The notes below the pieces were generated by a model. The model saw only the letters and a list, made by a program, of their open reading frames with translations. It was not told where the DNA came from and made no database searches. A stretch of DNA of 63,959 nucleotides, counting the filler, from Octopus bimaculoides (Eukaryota), in NCBI RefSeq assembly GCF_001194135.2. It is 6 parts of 6 records of this genome, joined end to end, with 100 filler letters (N's around TTAATTAATTAA, not from the genome) between each part and the next. Parts side by side here need not be neighbours in the genome. Positions count along the whole stretch, not along the records: positions 1 to 25,648 come from NC_068984.1; positions 25,749 to 33,625 come from NC_068999.1; positions 33,726 to 58,450 come from NC_068989.1; 3 more parts are not named here. One strand, 5' to 3'. A program made the position numbers and the translations under genes. Positions 24,365 to 36,847 of this stretch are shown here, in pieces. Each line of letters begins with the position of its first letter. Position 1 is the first letter of the stretch.

Positions 24365-24590
24365 AGCAGGTGCTGGTGCCACTTGAAATGCTCTGGTGCT
24401 GGTGCCACGTTAAAAACACTGGTGCTGGTGCCACATAATTGGCATCCGGTACATTCTGTAGAGTGGTTGGCACTAGGAAGGGTATTCAGCTGTAGAAACC
24501 ATGCTAAAATAGACAAAGGAGCTTGGTGTAGTCCCTGGCGTTACTAGCTCTGGTCAAGTCATCCGACCAATGCCAGCATAAATGATGATG
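24365..24590 (+). mobile_element. RTE-tail-type element with GGTGCTGGTGCCAC subrepeats
   Basis: GTGGTTGGCACTAGGAAGGGTATTCAGCTGTAGAAAC...GATGATG. Confidence 0.7.
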
Positions 24591-24800
24591 TTGAGGCTTG
24601 CAAAATTCTTGATATGAACTCAAACTCATTTGTTGAAAAAGATTTTGTTGTATCTTGGGAGGGTCATTACACCAATAATAAACACATTCACACACTGATT
24701 CAATTTTATTTTATTGTTATTTGATAATTGGTTAGCTATTTCACGTTTAACATAATTTGCAAGATTCTTGATGTGAACTTGTGTGTTGAATAACTTACCT

Positions 24801-25083
24801 TTTTACATCATTTACATTATTTACATTTGATGGATATTTGTCCTGATCTTCTATGTTGTTAACACCACATTTCAGCTGATATACCCTCCAGCCTTCTTCA
24901 GGTGTCTTGGGCAAATTTCAAACCTGGGTTCTCATTCCTAAGGCATTCTTCAATGTTGTTGTTATTATTATTATTATTATGATTATTATTATTATTATTA
25001 TTATTGTTCAGGTCACTACTTGGAATCGAACTCAGAATCTTGGGGTTAGTAGCCCGCGCTCTTAACCACTACACCATATGCCC
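24801..25083 (-). mobile_element. tRNA-headed SINE-like unit: head, (AAT)n, hammerhead-like domain and (TGTAAATAA)n tail
   Basis: Minus-strand head GGGCATATGGTGTAGTGGTTAAGAGC...GAGTTCGATTCC has A/B boxes and an anticodon-like arm GGG-CTACTAA-CCC. The 3' part carries CTGAAGA...GAAA. Confidence 0.65.
24861..24906 (-). ncRNA. Minimal type I hammerhead ribozyme motif (Penelope-like-element type), probably inactivated in this copy
   Basis: GACAC-CUGAAGA-A-GGCUG-(gagggu-auau)-CAGCU-GAAA-UGUG-GUGUU. Stem I is GACAC/GUGUU and stem II is GGCUG/CAGCU, with a minimal stem III. The cleavage triplet reads GUG, which is non-permissive. Confidence 0.6.
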
Positions 25084-25339
25084 ATAGGCATATGGTGTAG
25101 GACAACTATCCGTTGAATGTAAATAATGTAAATAATGTACATAACTCCTCGTCTCTCTATTACATTTTATTTGCTTCATTCATTAGACTGTGGCCATGCT
25201 GGGGCATCACCTTGGTTGACAATAATAAAGAAGAGAAATTGAGTCCATACATGTGTTTATTATTGGTGAAATGACCCCACCCCATTAGATGCATCAAAAT
25301 TTGATATTTGCTTTCCATGCTTTGGTATTTGACATTTAC

Positions 25340-25460
25340 ATTAGTAAGTCTTTGGTCAACCCAGGGCTTTAGGAAAAGAAACTAGCCAAAGGTAGTGGTA
25401 CTGAACACAGAACCATGCAGATAGGAAACGAACTTTATATCACACAGCCATGCCTACACC
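25340..25460 (-). mobile_element. CORE-like SINE fragment, degenerate
   Basis: GCTTTAGGAAAAGAAACTAGCCAAAGG...CACACAGCCATGCC. Confidence 0.55.
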
Positions 25461-25609
25461 TATAGCTTAGTAATTCCTTTACCAAACCTGAAAGAATGGA
25501 ACATGAATTAGATCTTGGCCTATTTTGAACTCACTGCACCAAGAGTTGAAACAAATGCCACAAAATAAGATCTATCCAAGACTTAAGCAATATTGCTAGC
25601 TAATTCACC

Positions 25610-25648
<39 letters not shown>

Positions 25649-25692
25649 NNNNNNNNNNNNNNNNNNNNNNNNNNNNNNNNNNNNNNNNNNNN

Positions 25693-25704
25693 TTAATTAA
25701 TTAA
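25693..25704. other. Assembly spacer TTAATTAATTAA inside 100-bp N gaps (also at 33670, 58495, 61355 and 62727)
   Basis: The same 12-mer sits at the centre of about 44 N on each side five times and gives stop codons in all six frames. Confidence 0.92.
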
Positions 25705-25748
25705 NNNNNNNNNNNNNNNNNNNNNNNNNNNNNNNNNNNNNNNNNNNN

Positions 25749-25845
<97 letters not shown>

Positions 25846-26659
25846 CACATATATATATGCATATATATATACATATATATGCGTGTATACATCCATACAT
25901 ATGTAGACAGACACATACAAGCATACACACATACATATACATGATATATACGTATATTATATATTGTGTATATTATATATTATATTATCTATTAGTTTGT
26001 ATATCCGTCTCTCTTTTCCTGTCTCTCTAATTCTCATACAATGTGTTTTTCTCCGATGATTGAAAGTTGGCAGTCCTCCCAACCCAGTATTTATCAAAGA
26101 AATCTTCTCTCGATCATTTAACGCCCAACAAAATGGAAATTTAGGATTCTTCCGTTAAGTAGACTTACATTTCTTCTTTCATAAAAACTTTTATCAAAAC
26201 TGTATTAATAATATTTACCACCTCAGTTTTGTTTCGTTTTTTTGTTCCTTCTTGCAACAACCCCCTTCACTCCTACGCAGTTTTTTTCTTGTTTATTGCT
26301 TCTCAATGTTTTTTTACGTTCATAATTGAATACGAAATAACACGTCGCCTTGTATAACACCTTCGTGTCGTGTAGTGTCCGCACTGTTGTACGCAACGAA
26401 ACTAACCAGATATTGGTTTATTCCCTACCTACAATGTTGTTGTTGCTTCTGTTGCTGCCTCTGTTGTTAGTGTCTCTGCTGCTCCTACGTGATCAAGCTG
26501 ACCTATGGTAGACATGATCGTCCCCATCTTTTATTTCAGGCTAGGATTTCATGATAAAGTGTATCCTTTACATTTTCCGTAAGGCCCAAGGATGTGATTG
26601 GAGAGAAATTTCGGCTTTCACTTTTTGCTGATCTTGCGACTACTTGCTGGCATCACCGT

Positions 26660-26990
26660 TAACTCGGTTCCACTAATGTTTTGATCTCATTAGTGCCGCC
26701 GCTGCACACATAGATGTCTTGGACACCATCCAAAGAACTATCACTAAACTAAACTCCGTGAAGTCACTCAAAAACACACGCTAGACCGCAAACATGCTGT
26801 GTCCTCTCATTACATTTCCTCCTGTTACTATGATGGCCTCTGTTCCTCGGAGCTTGCTGGTCTCGTATCATATTGTCTACACCACTCCAGCTCCCGTAAA
26901 ACCCCAACAGCAAGTCCTTCCACCCCATAACTTGTCCCTCTGGAATTACTACCTTCAACTCAGTCGCGTGCCTATGTTTCGCTTATTTTT
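26660..26990 (+). mobile_element. CR1/L2/Jockey-group LINE 3' ORF remnant
   Basis: Fragments translate AAAHIDVLDTIQR and CYYDGLCSSELAGLV, resembling the post-RT motif FYRYYxGxCSSELA of these LINEs. Confidence 0.55.
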
Positions 26991-27211
26991 TGTGTGTTTT
27001 ACTACATAAAGGTTACCAACTGCCTACCCTGAGTAATTACTGAGGGCACGTGCCTGATACATACATACATACATACATACATATCAAAAAGATGGGTTAT
27101 AATACTATTCCACATATACAAAAACAGCCATACCAACAATCCAACATACAGGTGACACGGTCTGCGTGCTTTAAGGTATGTAAAACGAAGTCAATAAAAT
27201 GTATATATAAA

Positions 27212-27262
<51 letters not shown>

Positions 27263-27817
27263 ACACATATATATATATGACCGCTTGTAACATACAATGG
27301 TCAATATGTGACACAGAGCAAGCGCTAAATCACTAATAATATCTATCGTGACCAATGATTATTCATATTGACCCTTTGAAGAATCTATCGATATTTATTG
27401 GGACATTCTGATCCGGGCCACTGGTGACAAGTACTTGCCCCTATTTGAACATATTCACCATTGCTTGGACAGAATGACCACTGGTGAAATATAAACAAAC
27501 AGTATTGGGTCACACTGACCGACATTAAATCTACTGGCCAGATAGGTGACATGGTCTGCTTGCCAGTAGGTATGTAACACGAAGTCAATAAAAACAAAAG
27601 ACAATTGTAGAATGTAATTACATATGCTTGCCTGGAATTTGAAACCCGATCCATATATTTGAAAACCCCACTTTCATGACAGTTCACGTTTTATTTAATT
27701 AGAGTCTGGTTTTATATTTACATTGTGTGAGTGTATGAGTGTGTATATCTGTATGTCTGTGGACTATCTGTGTGTCTATGTAACCATATGTGTATGCGTG
27801 AGTGCGTGTGTGTGTGT

Positions 27818-27856
<39 letters not shown>

Positions 27857-28229
27857 GGAGGGAGAGAGTTCACGCTCTTTGTGTGTGTATATATGTGTGT
27901 GTATATATGTGTGTATATGTGTGTGTGCATGCAGATATGTACGCGGAACAGTATATCTGAGTGTATTTTTGTGAAAAATTCTGTTTACATTCATAGGATT
28001 CCGAGTTCGTTCCTACTTCGTGGCACCTTGTGTAAACAGTTTTCCGTGGCTTCGAAATTCCCCAAGCCTTGTAATTGAAATTAGCTCAAAGAAAACTGTG
28101 TGGAAGCTTGTTAAATGAATTGTAGCTGTAATTCAAATGACAAGCTAAGTCATACGTTATATCGTTCATATTTTACGTGAAATTATGCACCAAGGTCACG
28201 CGTGTCTATGGAATACTCAACCGCTTAAG

Positions 28230-28440
28230 CCACACTTCAATAAGCTGGTAGTTTAGTTGATTGACTAACTGAACTTGATCAATTCAATGTTGGTCAATTG
28301 ATCGCCAGGTTACTTGGACATTCAATCAATTGTTCGTTCGATCAATCGGTCGTTCGGTTAGTTGCTCGTTAGATAAGTTGGTCGTTCAATCAGTCAGTCG
28401 TTCGATCAGTTGGTCACTCGATCAATTAACTGCCAGGTCA
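28230..28440. repeat. Degenerate tetramer-based minisatellite (GGTCGTTCGATCAGTT-like units)
   Basis: Repeated GGTCGTTC(A/G)ATCA(G/A)T motifs are visible at 28330-28425. Confidence 0.7.
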
Positions 28441-29684
28441 AGTGGCCGCCAGTTTCTCAATTAGCATATCACCAGGTTATTTCATTCTGTTGTTTTGGCT
28501 TTAGTAGTTCAAATTTCGGCTGTGAACAACAACAATTCTTTTCTACTCTGGGCCTCTGGGTAAAAGGCCCGAAAATTTTGTGGTTGGGGCGAACAATACC
28601 AATTTTTTCTTAACTGAGAGTCGTATGAGCGTCGAGTCTTCGTGGGAGAGTATTTTGAAATGGTTTTGTTAAATATATAATGTAAATCAATTAAGGTTCC
28701 GGAGATATCGAGGTGTTGCACTAATTCCGATATGAAGAATATGTTGACAACAATGGATCTAAACAAGTACCAAATTACAAAACTTAATCCACGTTGAAGA
28801 AACCAACCAAACAAAGAAATGCCGAGATACAAGGAAATGCGTTGGAAATGTAATCGATAAGAAATTGTGATTCTGAAGAAGGAATTAATTTCTTGAAAAC
28901 AGTTGTTCATTATCTCAAATTTTAATATCTCAATGCATGGTTATCTGCAAAATGCCATGCATGGCCGGGTTGTCAGGCACATTGAAATGGCAGTAATATT
29001 GTTAGCCGAAGTAGCCCATGCTGAAGCAACAGGCGATGTATTACATCTCACTTTGAAGGATTAGATTTCGTAATCCAGGAATTGGAATTAACGGCAAAAT
29101 ACCCGATGTACGAAAGAGATAGGATGTAGGCGAAAGATTTACAAGTTAAAACTGATAAAAACTCCCAGGTTTTAAAACCGGAAGTGCGGTCCTTATCGTA
29201 AGTAGTTGTCTGAAAATGTGATCACGGCGGTATTTCCCTATGGGATATGATGTCATGGCCAGAAAATGGAATGTGAAGAAAGGAGAGTCCCTGAAGATAA
29301 AGAGAAAAAAAGAAAAAGAAAAAAACAATATAGAAAGCTATAGCGATGTTGATGACATAAATGAGACAAAATATGAAATGAAACGTTGTGAAATATTCAT
29401 GAGCAAAAACAAATGAGATTTTCATGGCTACAATATCATGTGTATAAAATACACACAAGCAAATAAGGAGGCTGTTGAGAGTGAAATGTTAGTGTTGATG
29501 AACAACTGAATGATTTTTATTTAGTTAATGCTAAGAGCAACTTTGCAGAAATGGTAAATCCATTATTTGGAAGGAAATAAACCATTTTAGTCAGTTTTAG
29601 TCAGTCAGGAGACGGGAAAGTCATCAATCAATAGTGACGGAAACGCCTGCAAGAATTCACCAATTTCGATCTTTTGCCAGTTCA

Positions 29685-29829
29685 GACGACGATGATGATT
29701 ATTATGATGACGATGATGATGATGATAATGATGATGATGATGATGATAATGATGATGATGATGATAATGATGATGATGACGATGATAAAGTCGACGACGA
29801 TGATAATGATGATGAAGACAACGATAACG

Positions 29830-29860
<31 letters not shown>

Positions 29861-29915
29861 CGATTATGATGATGATGATGAAGACGATGACGATGACGAT
29901 GATGGTGATTATGAC
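29685..29915. repeat. Degenerate (GAT)n microsatellite
   Basis: GAT array with GAC/AAT variants. It gives poly-D, poly-M and poly-I ORFs depending on frame. Confidence 0.9.
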
Positions 29916-30229
29916 CACCGTCGTCATCGCCATCTATCTGTTGATTTAATTAATATCTCTCGATTGCACTGACGTTAACAATTTTAATATAAAGATTCTC
30001 TCTCACGCACGCACACACACCCGTACACACACACACACATCCGTACACTCACACGCATTCATACACACACTTACATACAGACACACGCACACACACACAC
30101 AGAGTTATTAATTACACATTTGCAAAAAGAGAAACAAATTCATACATGCACATTAAGATGTACATACACATACACACACAGACATTGTGTGTGTGTGTGT
30201 GCTTATGTAATTGTTGGTAATTACATCTG

Positions 30230-30277
<48 letters not shown>

Positions 30278-31664
30278 ATCCTTCTGTTAGGGCAGCCTGC
30301 CTCACAATAAGTCAACATGACCACAACTAGAACAATGGTCAAGCGATTTTCCAATTAGTTATCTCCATGGCAACGATCTGCAAATGGAGTGGTTGAAGTG
30401 AACACTTAACAAAAACAACAGATAAAGCAACAACAACAACAACAATAATAATAATAACAACAACAACAACAACTGCAGCAAGGCAAACAACAACAATATC
30501 AATAATATACCTGGTCATTCACATTGCTAGAAATAGAAACCAAAACTCTTTCATATCATACCTTCTTAAACGGGAAGGAGATATGAAACGGAAAGGATGT
30601 ACATGTTCTTAACAGACGAGGTGGTTATGGTTGGAATACTTTTGATCATTAGTGTCTTCCATCGAAGTTAAATGACTGCAGGTATTAAAACAACAACCGG
30701 ATGACTTACAACCAAGAGCCACACCGTTAGGTGGATGCCTCACCTGCTAGAAGTAACTGTCAATTGCCATTAAATCACGTGTTACTACTTTAAAAACTGA
30801 AGGTTGGGAGAAATAATGTTGTTCTAGAAGTAGAATGGTTGAAAAACAAGGCAGGATGGTCACGGATCCAAAGTCTTTTATTATGGATTTAATATAAATC
30901 GCTCCGTCGCCAAATAACCACAATATATATGCATGTATGTGTGTGTGCATGTGTGTTTACGTATGTCTGCAACTATGTATGCATGTATGTATGTATATAT
31001 ATAATATTATAATGTTATAATACAAAATCATAAATCTTGTTAAATACAGCTACCCAGGGTTTCCCGGTCGAAATAATAACTTATTTCGCTATTTTCCAAG
31101 CTAAGAACAAGGCCATTTTAATGTCGTCTTTTGAACAGATGACATTAAAACAAGGTACCAGGCTTTGAAAAATTAAATATTGTAGTCATTCGATTAAGAC
31201 AAATTCACCAAGGCGGTGCCCCAGTATGGCCGCCGTCTAGTGACTGAAACAAGAAAAGAATAAAAGAAAAGAAAAGTTATGAAACGCATAAAAAGAAAAA
31301 AGAAAAAGAAAATAATAATAATAATAAATAAAAGTAAACCAATTCCGTCCGTCCATATTCCAGTCAAAGAATGTTTCGAAACCAAAACCAACTTCTTCGC
31401 TTCCTTGATTAGCTTATAACCAAAGTTTGAGATCTGCAGGAATAGTATAAATCGTTCTGGCATACCAATCTCAGTTATAATATATTCTATTGATCATCAC
31501 CACTCTGGCATCATTGTGATCGATAGAACTATTCCACAAGATTTCTCTCAAAATATTGCAACAAGTCACTCACCCACCCCTGCCATAATATCACCGCTCC
31601 TTCAGACTGGCTGAGATTGCTTATTTCCTAACATACCCACTGCAACTCTTAGATTAATGCTGTC

Positions 31665-31706
<42 letters not shown>

Positions 31707-31813
31707 NNNNNNNNNNNNNNNNNNNNNNNNNNNNNNNNNATATATATATATATACATACATATATATACATATATATACATATATATACATACATACATA
31801 CATACATACATGC

Positions 31814-31850
<37 letters not shown>

Positions 31851-31995
31851 TGTATATATATATATATATACTAACTTTATATGAATGTACGCACATGTAT
31901 GCAATATATTCATATGTCGGTTTGTGTATACGAATGTGTGTGTATGTGCGTGCGTACATGCATGTGTGTGTGTTTGTGTGTGTAAATATATAGTC

Positions 31996-32027
<32 letters not shown>

Positions 32028-32274
32028 GGCAAGAAAGAGAGAGTGACAGAGTTGAAGAGAGAAAGAACAATATATATATGTGTGTGTGTGTATGTGTGCG
32101 TGTGTCTATGTGAGTGTGTATGTGTGCGTGTTTGTGTGTGTACACACGCAAACATTCATGTGTGCATACGTTTGTAAATGTGTGCGTTTATGTTACTTTG
32201 CATATGTTTATTTAAGCTATTTGTATTAGTTTATCTCTTTCTTCATATTTCTATACAAGTGTGTAACTGCGCAG

Positions 32275-32308
<34 letters not shown>

Positions 32309-32508
32309 ATCTGCAAACATGCCTTTTTACCTCGTATATGTGTCTCGGTATGTGTGTGTGTCTGTGTGTGTGTGTGTGTGTGCGTGTGCACGTGGTTCTG
32401 TATTGACACATACATTGTGGTGCATATGAAAAGCAATATGGTTTACCATTCTGCCTCAATTGTCAAATGCAAGCAAATGCACAAAGGTGCATCGACATAT
32501 TCATACGC

Positions 32509-32561
<53 letters not shown>

Positions 32562-32812
32562 TACGTACACACAAACAAACAGGCACATAGACGTATACAC
32601 ATACATACGTACACACATACAAACATAATATACACACACTCATATACATACACATATATAATATATATGTATACATAAAGAGAAAGAGAGGTTGAAAGAG
32701 AGAGACACACACGTATAGGTACATAGATAGATAGATACATAGATAGATGGATGGATGGATGGATAATTAGATAAACATATTTATATCTATATACACCCAT
32801 ACATATACATAC

Positions 32813-32854
<42 letters not shown>

Positions 32855-33187
32855 CAAATATATGTACACACACACATACATACATACACACATACATACA
32901 TACATACATACATATGATTATGCACACACACGTAAATATAGTCGATTCAGACGAGCCGATGTATAAGCAAACAAATGCACTTATTAATTTTTCCAAACAT
33001 ATAATAGACATCAACAATGAGTATATATATATACATAGATATATATATATATGTGTGTGTGTCTATGGTGGTGTTGGTGATGGTGTTTGAACGTTTATAT
33101 GTATGTATGTACGTACGCACGTATGTATATGCATGTATGGTTATCGAGGCTAATATGCATAGATGAATATTCATGAGGTTGTGAAAG

Positions 33188-33224
<37 letters not shown>

Positions 33225-33591
33225 GAAAGATAGAATGGAGGAGGAGGAGTCGCCATTATTAATATCCGCCATATTATGTTATTATTACTTTATCAAAACT
33301 CCTTTGTCAAGTCGCTCACTTTTCAGACATTATTTACACTCATTAATCTATCCAAAACACATACGACCGCCATATACGCACATCTATGTGTGTGTGTGTG
33401 TGTGTATGCAGGTGTCCGTGTGTATATATATGTAGGAGAATATACAAATAATAACAACAGACGAGGACATATATTCATATACATGTATTCGTGTGTGTAT
33501 TTATGTGTGTACGTATGTGTGCACGTATGTGTGCGTGTGTGTATATATATGTATACGTATATGTATGCAGCTACGTATGTATGTGAACGTC

Positions 33592-33625
<34 letters not shown>

Positions 33626-34519
33626 NNNNNNNNNNNNNNNNNNNNNNNNNNNNNNNNNNNNNNNNNNNNTTAATTAATTAANNNNNNNNNNNNNNNNNNN
33701 NNNNNNNNNNNNNNNNNNNNNNNNNTAGTTCATTAAGTTATAATTATAAAATAATGACTTAGACAAACTTTCCACGGCCACTTTTCTGGGGGGTTTTTTC
33801 GTATTTTTCTTGACAAATAATATCGATAATTGCTATTCGTTATTCACCATTGTCAGAAATCTATCATAACATTGAAATAGATATTTAGCTATGCTATTGT
33901 ATTGCTCCTCCAGCATGAAATTATTTATATACATTGTAATAGATATCGCAAAAGAAATATACGCATTCCTATAACAAAATATTTTCTCACACAACACACA
34001 CACTCACATGAGATGCACTTGAATGGATATAATGATGTTTTGATAATTTGGATTGTTTCCTCATACGCCTCGAGGCTTCGTGGGTCTGATTGTAGGCAAG
34101 AGCACTCATCGATGAATCTGAATGCATGAAACGGAACAATTATTTAAATTGTTTAAGCTACTTAAATCTGTTGATCTCTTCTAAATAGGCCGTGTGTTTA
34201 GTGAGGTTGTTGGTCAGGTGATAAGTCTAACGGTTTGTAATGTTATTGCTGATGTTCGTTCTTATTGCCTGACACCAAAGTGAGTTTTGTTTCAGATATC
34301 CACCATTTAGACTGGCATCAGCCGTATAGGAAGGCAGCTAGGATAGTCTCCGAGTTATTAATATTGTGCAAAAGCACGGCAAATATCAACGCATCATGGC
34401 ACCAATGTCCCCGAAACCAAATTTACGTCATAGAGAATCGAAACCACACACCTTTATGTCCCCTACAAACACACACACACACCACACACATACATACACA
34501 CACATATACATATATATGC

Positions 34520-34556
<37 letters not shown>

Positions 34557-36847
34557 NNNNNNNNNNNNNNNNNNNNNNNNNNNNNNNNNNNNNNNNNNNN
34601 NNNNNNNNNNNNNNNNNNNNNNNNNNNNNNNNNNNNNNNNNNNNNNNNNNNNNNNNNNNNNNNNNNNNNNNNNNNNNNNNNNNNNNNNNNNNNNNNNNNN
34701 NNNNNNNNNNNNNNNNNNNNNNNNNNNNNNNNNNNNNNNNNNNNNNNNNNNNNNNNNNNNNNNNNNNNNNNNNNNNNNNNNNNNNNNNNNNNNNNNNNNN
34801 NNNNNNNNNNNNNNNNNNNNNNNNNNNNNNNNNNNNNNNNNNNNNNNNNNNNNNNNNNNNNNNNNNNNNNNNNNNNNNNNNNNNNNNNNNNNNNNNNNAT
34901 ATATATATATGATAGAAGGTTATGGTTTAATTATTTGGGAGGATTTTTGGGTGGCGATCATTTATGTATTTATATGCAGTATGTTTGCATGAGCTAACGT
35001 ACTGATGCATGTAATATACATTTCTTTGGTTATTAGAACTATGGTGGCCGAAAAGAAAATAATGTGAAATAAAATTAAAAAGCATCAACAGTTGCAATGC
35101 AACTTGCAAGATAGAGGAGCGCGGTCCTTCTCACTAGTTACTAGTTTCTAAGTTTAATTCTTGTAATACAAAGAGTTTTTTTTTTGCCTGTAAAATATTA
35201 GTTAGAAAGCTGAGCAGCAAATACGTTGTCTGCGGATACTGAGGAGAAAAAAAAAGGTGAAAAGGATTATAATGTATGGCTTGGGAGAATTTTCAGTCAG
35301 CTTATCAAGTTTAGATTACGCTCAGAAGCTACATACAAAATATGTTCTTCGTCATGATACCGATTTAAAACAGAAAAAGAACTATTTGTAGGACTAGACC
35401 TGTCATCCTTTCCACCATGTATAACTGAATTGTCATATTATCGGAATATCATAACTCTTCCATGCTTGGCACATTTTTTTAGAAAACATGAAATATGGTA
35501 GCGAATATTTATGACACAATGTTGTAAAACAAAATGAAATTCTTTTGTGAATCAATAAAGGAACTCTGTATTAATAGGGTATTTCCAAAGAAACATTTAT
35601 TCAGCATATATTCTTTTGACATAAATGGCAATGACAAATTTTTAACAGCAGCCATGTTAGAAAGAGACCATTTTATATATGTTCACCTTTACGCAAGACA
35701 GTGATATTAATACGGATAAAAATTGTAAACGTCAAATGATATTCAGCATGTAATTCGATGAAAAGTATTACATTTCTATTGCTCGCCAAAGCTGGCATTA
35801 AGTGAGGATGAGACATATATACGATGTATTATCAATGGCCCTAATGGAATATATTAATGTAATTCAGTATATCACAGCCATTGCAGTTGCTGGCATTTAG
35901 AAAAAAATTATTTTTCGCTGCTCTTTAAAACAGAGATAGGAATAAAAATCTCATATATGAAAACACATTTTGTTACTGCTATTTCAAGCTATTTTTTTTT
36001 AAATTTTATTTCGTTAATTCACTTTTGTGAGATTTACTTCATTTTAACTGTATATTTTAAATGAATAATCATATGGCAATGCTCAAGCATGTCAGTTGTT
36101 CGTTGAATGAGATTAGTTGAAGACTATCAGAATATACATAAATTCAAGAAACCTATTCGAAGTTTGTAGAAACTAAAGAAAAATTTTCACACAATTTTTT
36201 GTGTATGTGTGCGTGTGTGAAGTAGAATTGTTTCGAATATTTCACGGTATATTTATATATCTTTCTAGCTTTTAAAACAATAAATTATCCCTTTTGAATA
36301 AACGTTGTAATTAATATATTCGGGACATTAAGATATTGCAAGGCCAAATTAAAGAGGAGTGGCATTGTAATATAAAACAAAACTGATGTTATCAATACCA
36401 GTTCATAAAACCTATGATTTAATAGGCTGTCAATCGATACTAAATTCCTCAAGATAATAATTCCTATTTGACACATATAAATACTTAATTCTCTATACAA
36501 TACATATTTTTCATTCAGTATGCGTTCATTGCCAACATAATATGGATTTCTAAAGCTAAACAAGATAATTTAGAAATGTGGGCAAATGTATAATCGACTA
36601 TCATCGATACTGGTTTCGGAAAGTTCCTATTTCAAGAAGTAAAGATGTAGGAAATATAGAAGTGACAATGGTACATCGCGAAATCAGAACGTAGTGAGGT
36701 TGAACTTTATACTGCAAAACATTGCTTTATGTAACGTATGAAATGAATGAGTTTATTAAATGGTACCAGTTTAACTCACTCACCCACTCACTCACTCAAT
36801 CACTCTCTCTCTTTTACACTCTCCCTCTCTTTCCATATATACAAATA

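Noticed and set aside
28509-28910. 133-aa minus-strand ORF in unique sequence
   Set aside because: No recognisable domain or splice context. An ORF of this length is plausible by chance.
29634-29972. Poly-Asp ORF resembling acidic molluscan biomineral proteins
   Set aside because: It is a (GAT)n microsatellite that is open in several frames, with no signal peptide or splice context.
30273-30354. Signal-peptide-like ORF MENRLTIVLVVVMLTYCEAG
   Set aside because: It starts at TTG. The nearby ATG is in another frame and stops after 9 codons, and the ORF runs into microsatellite.
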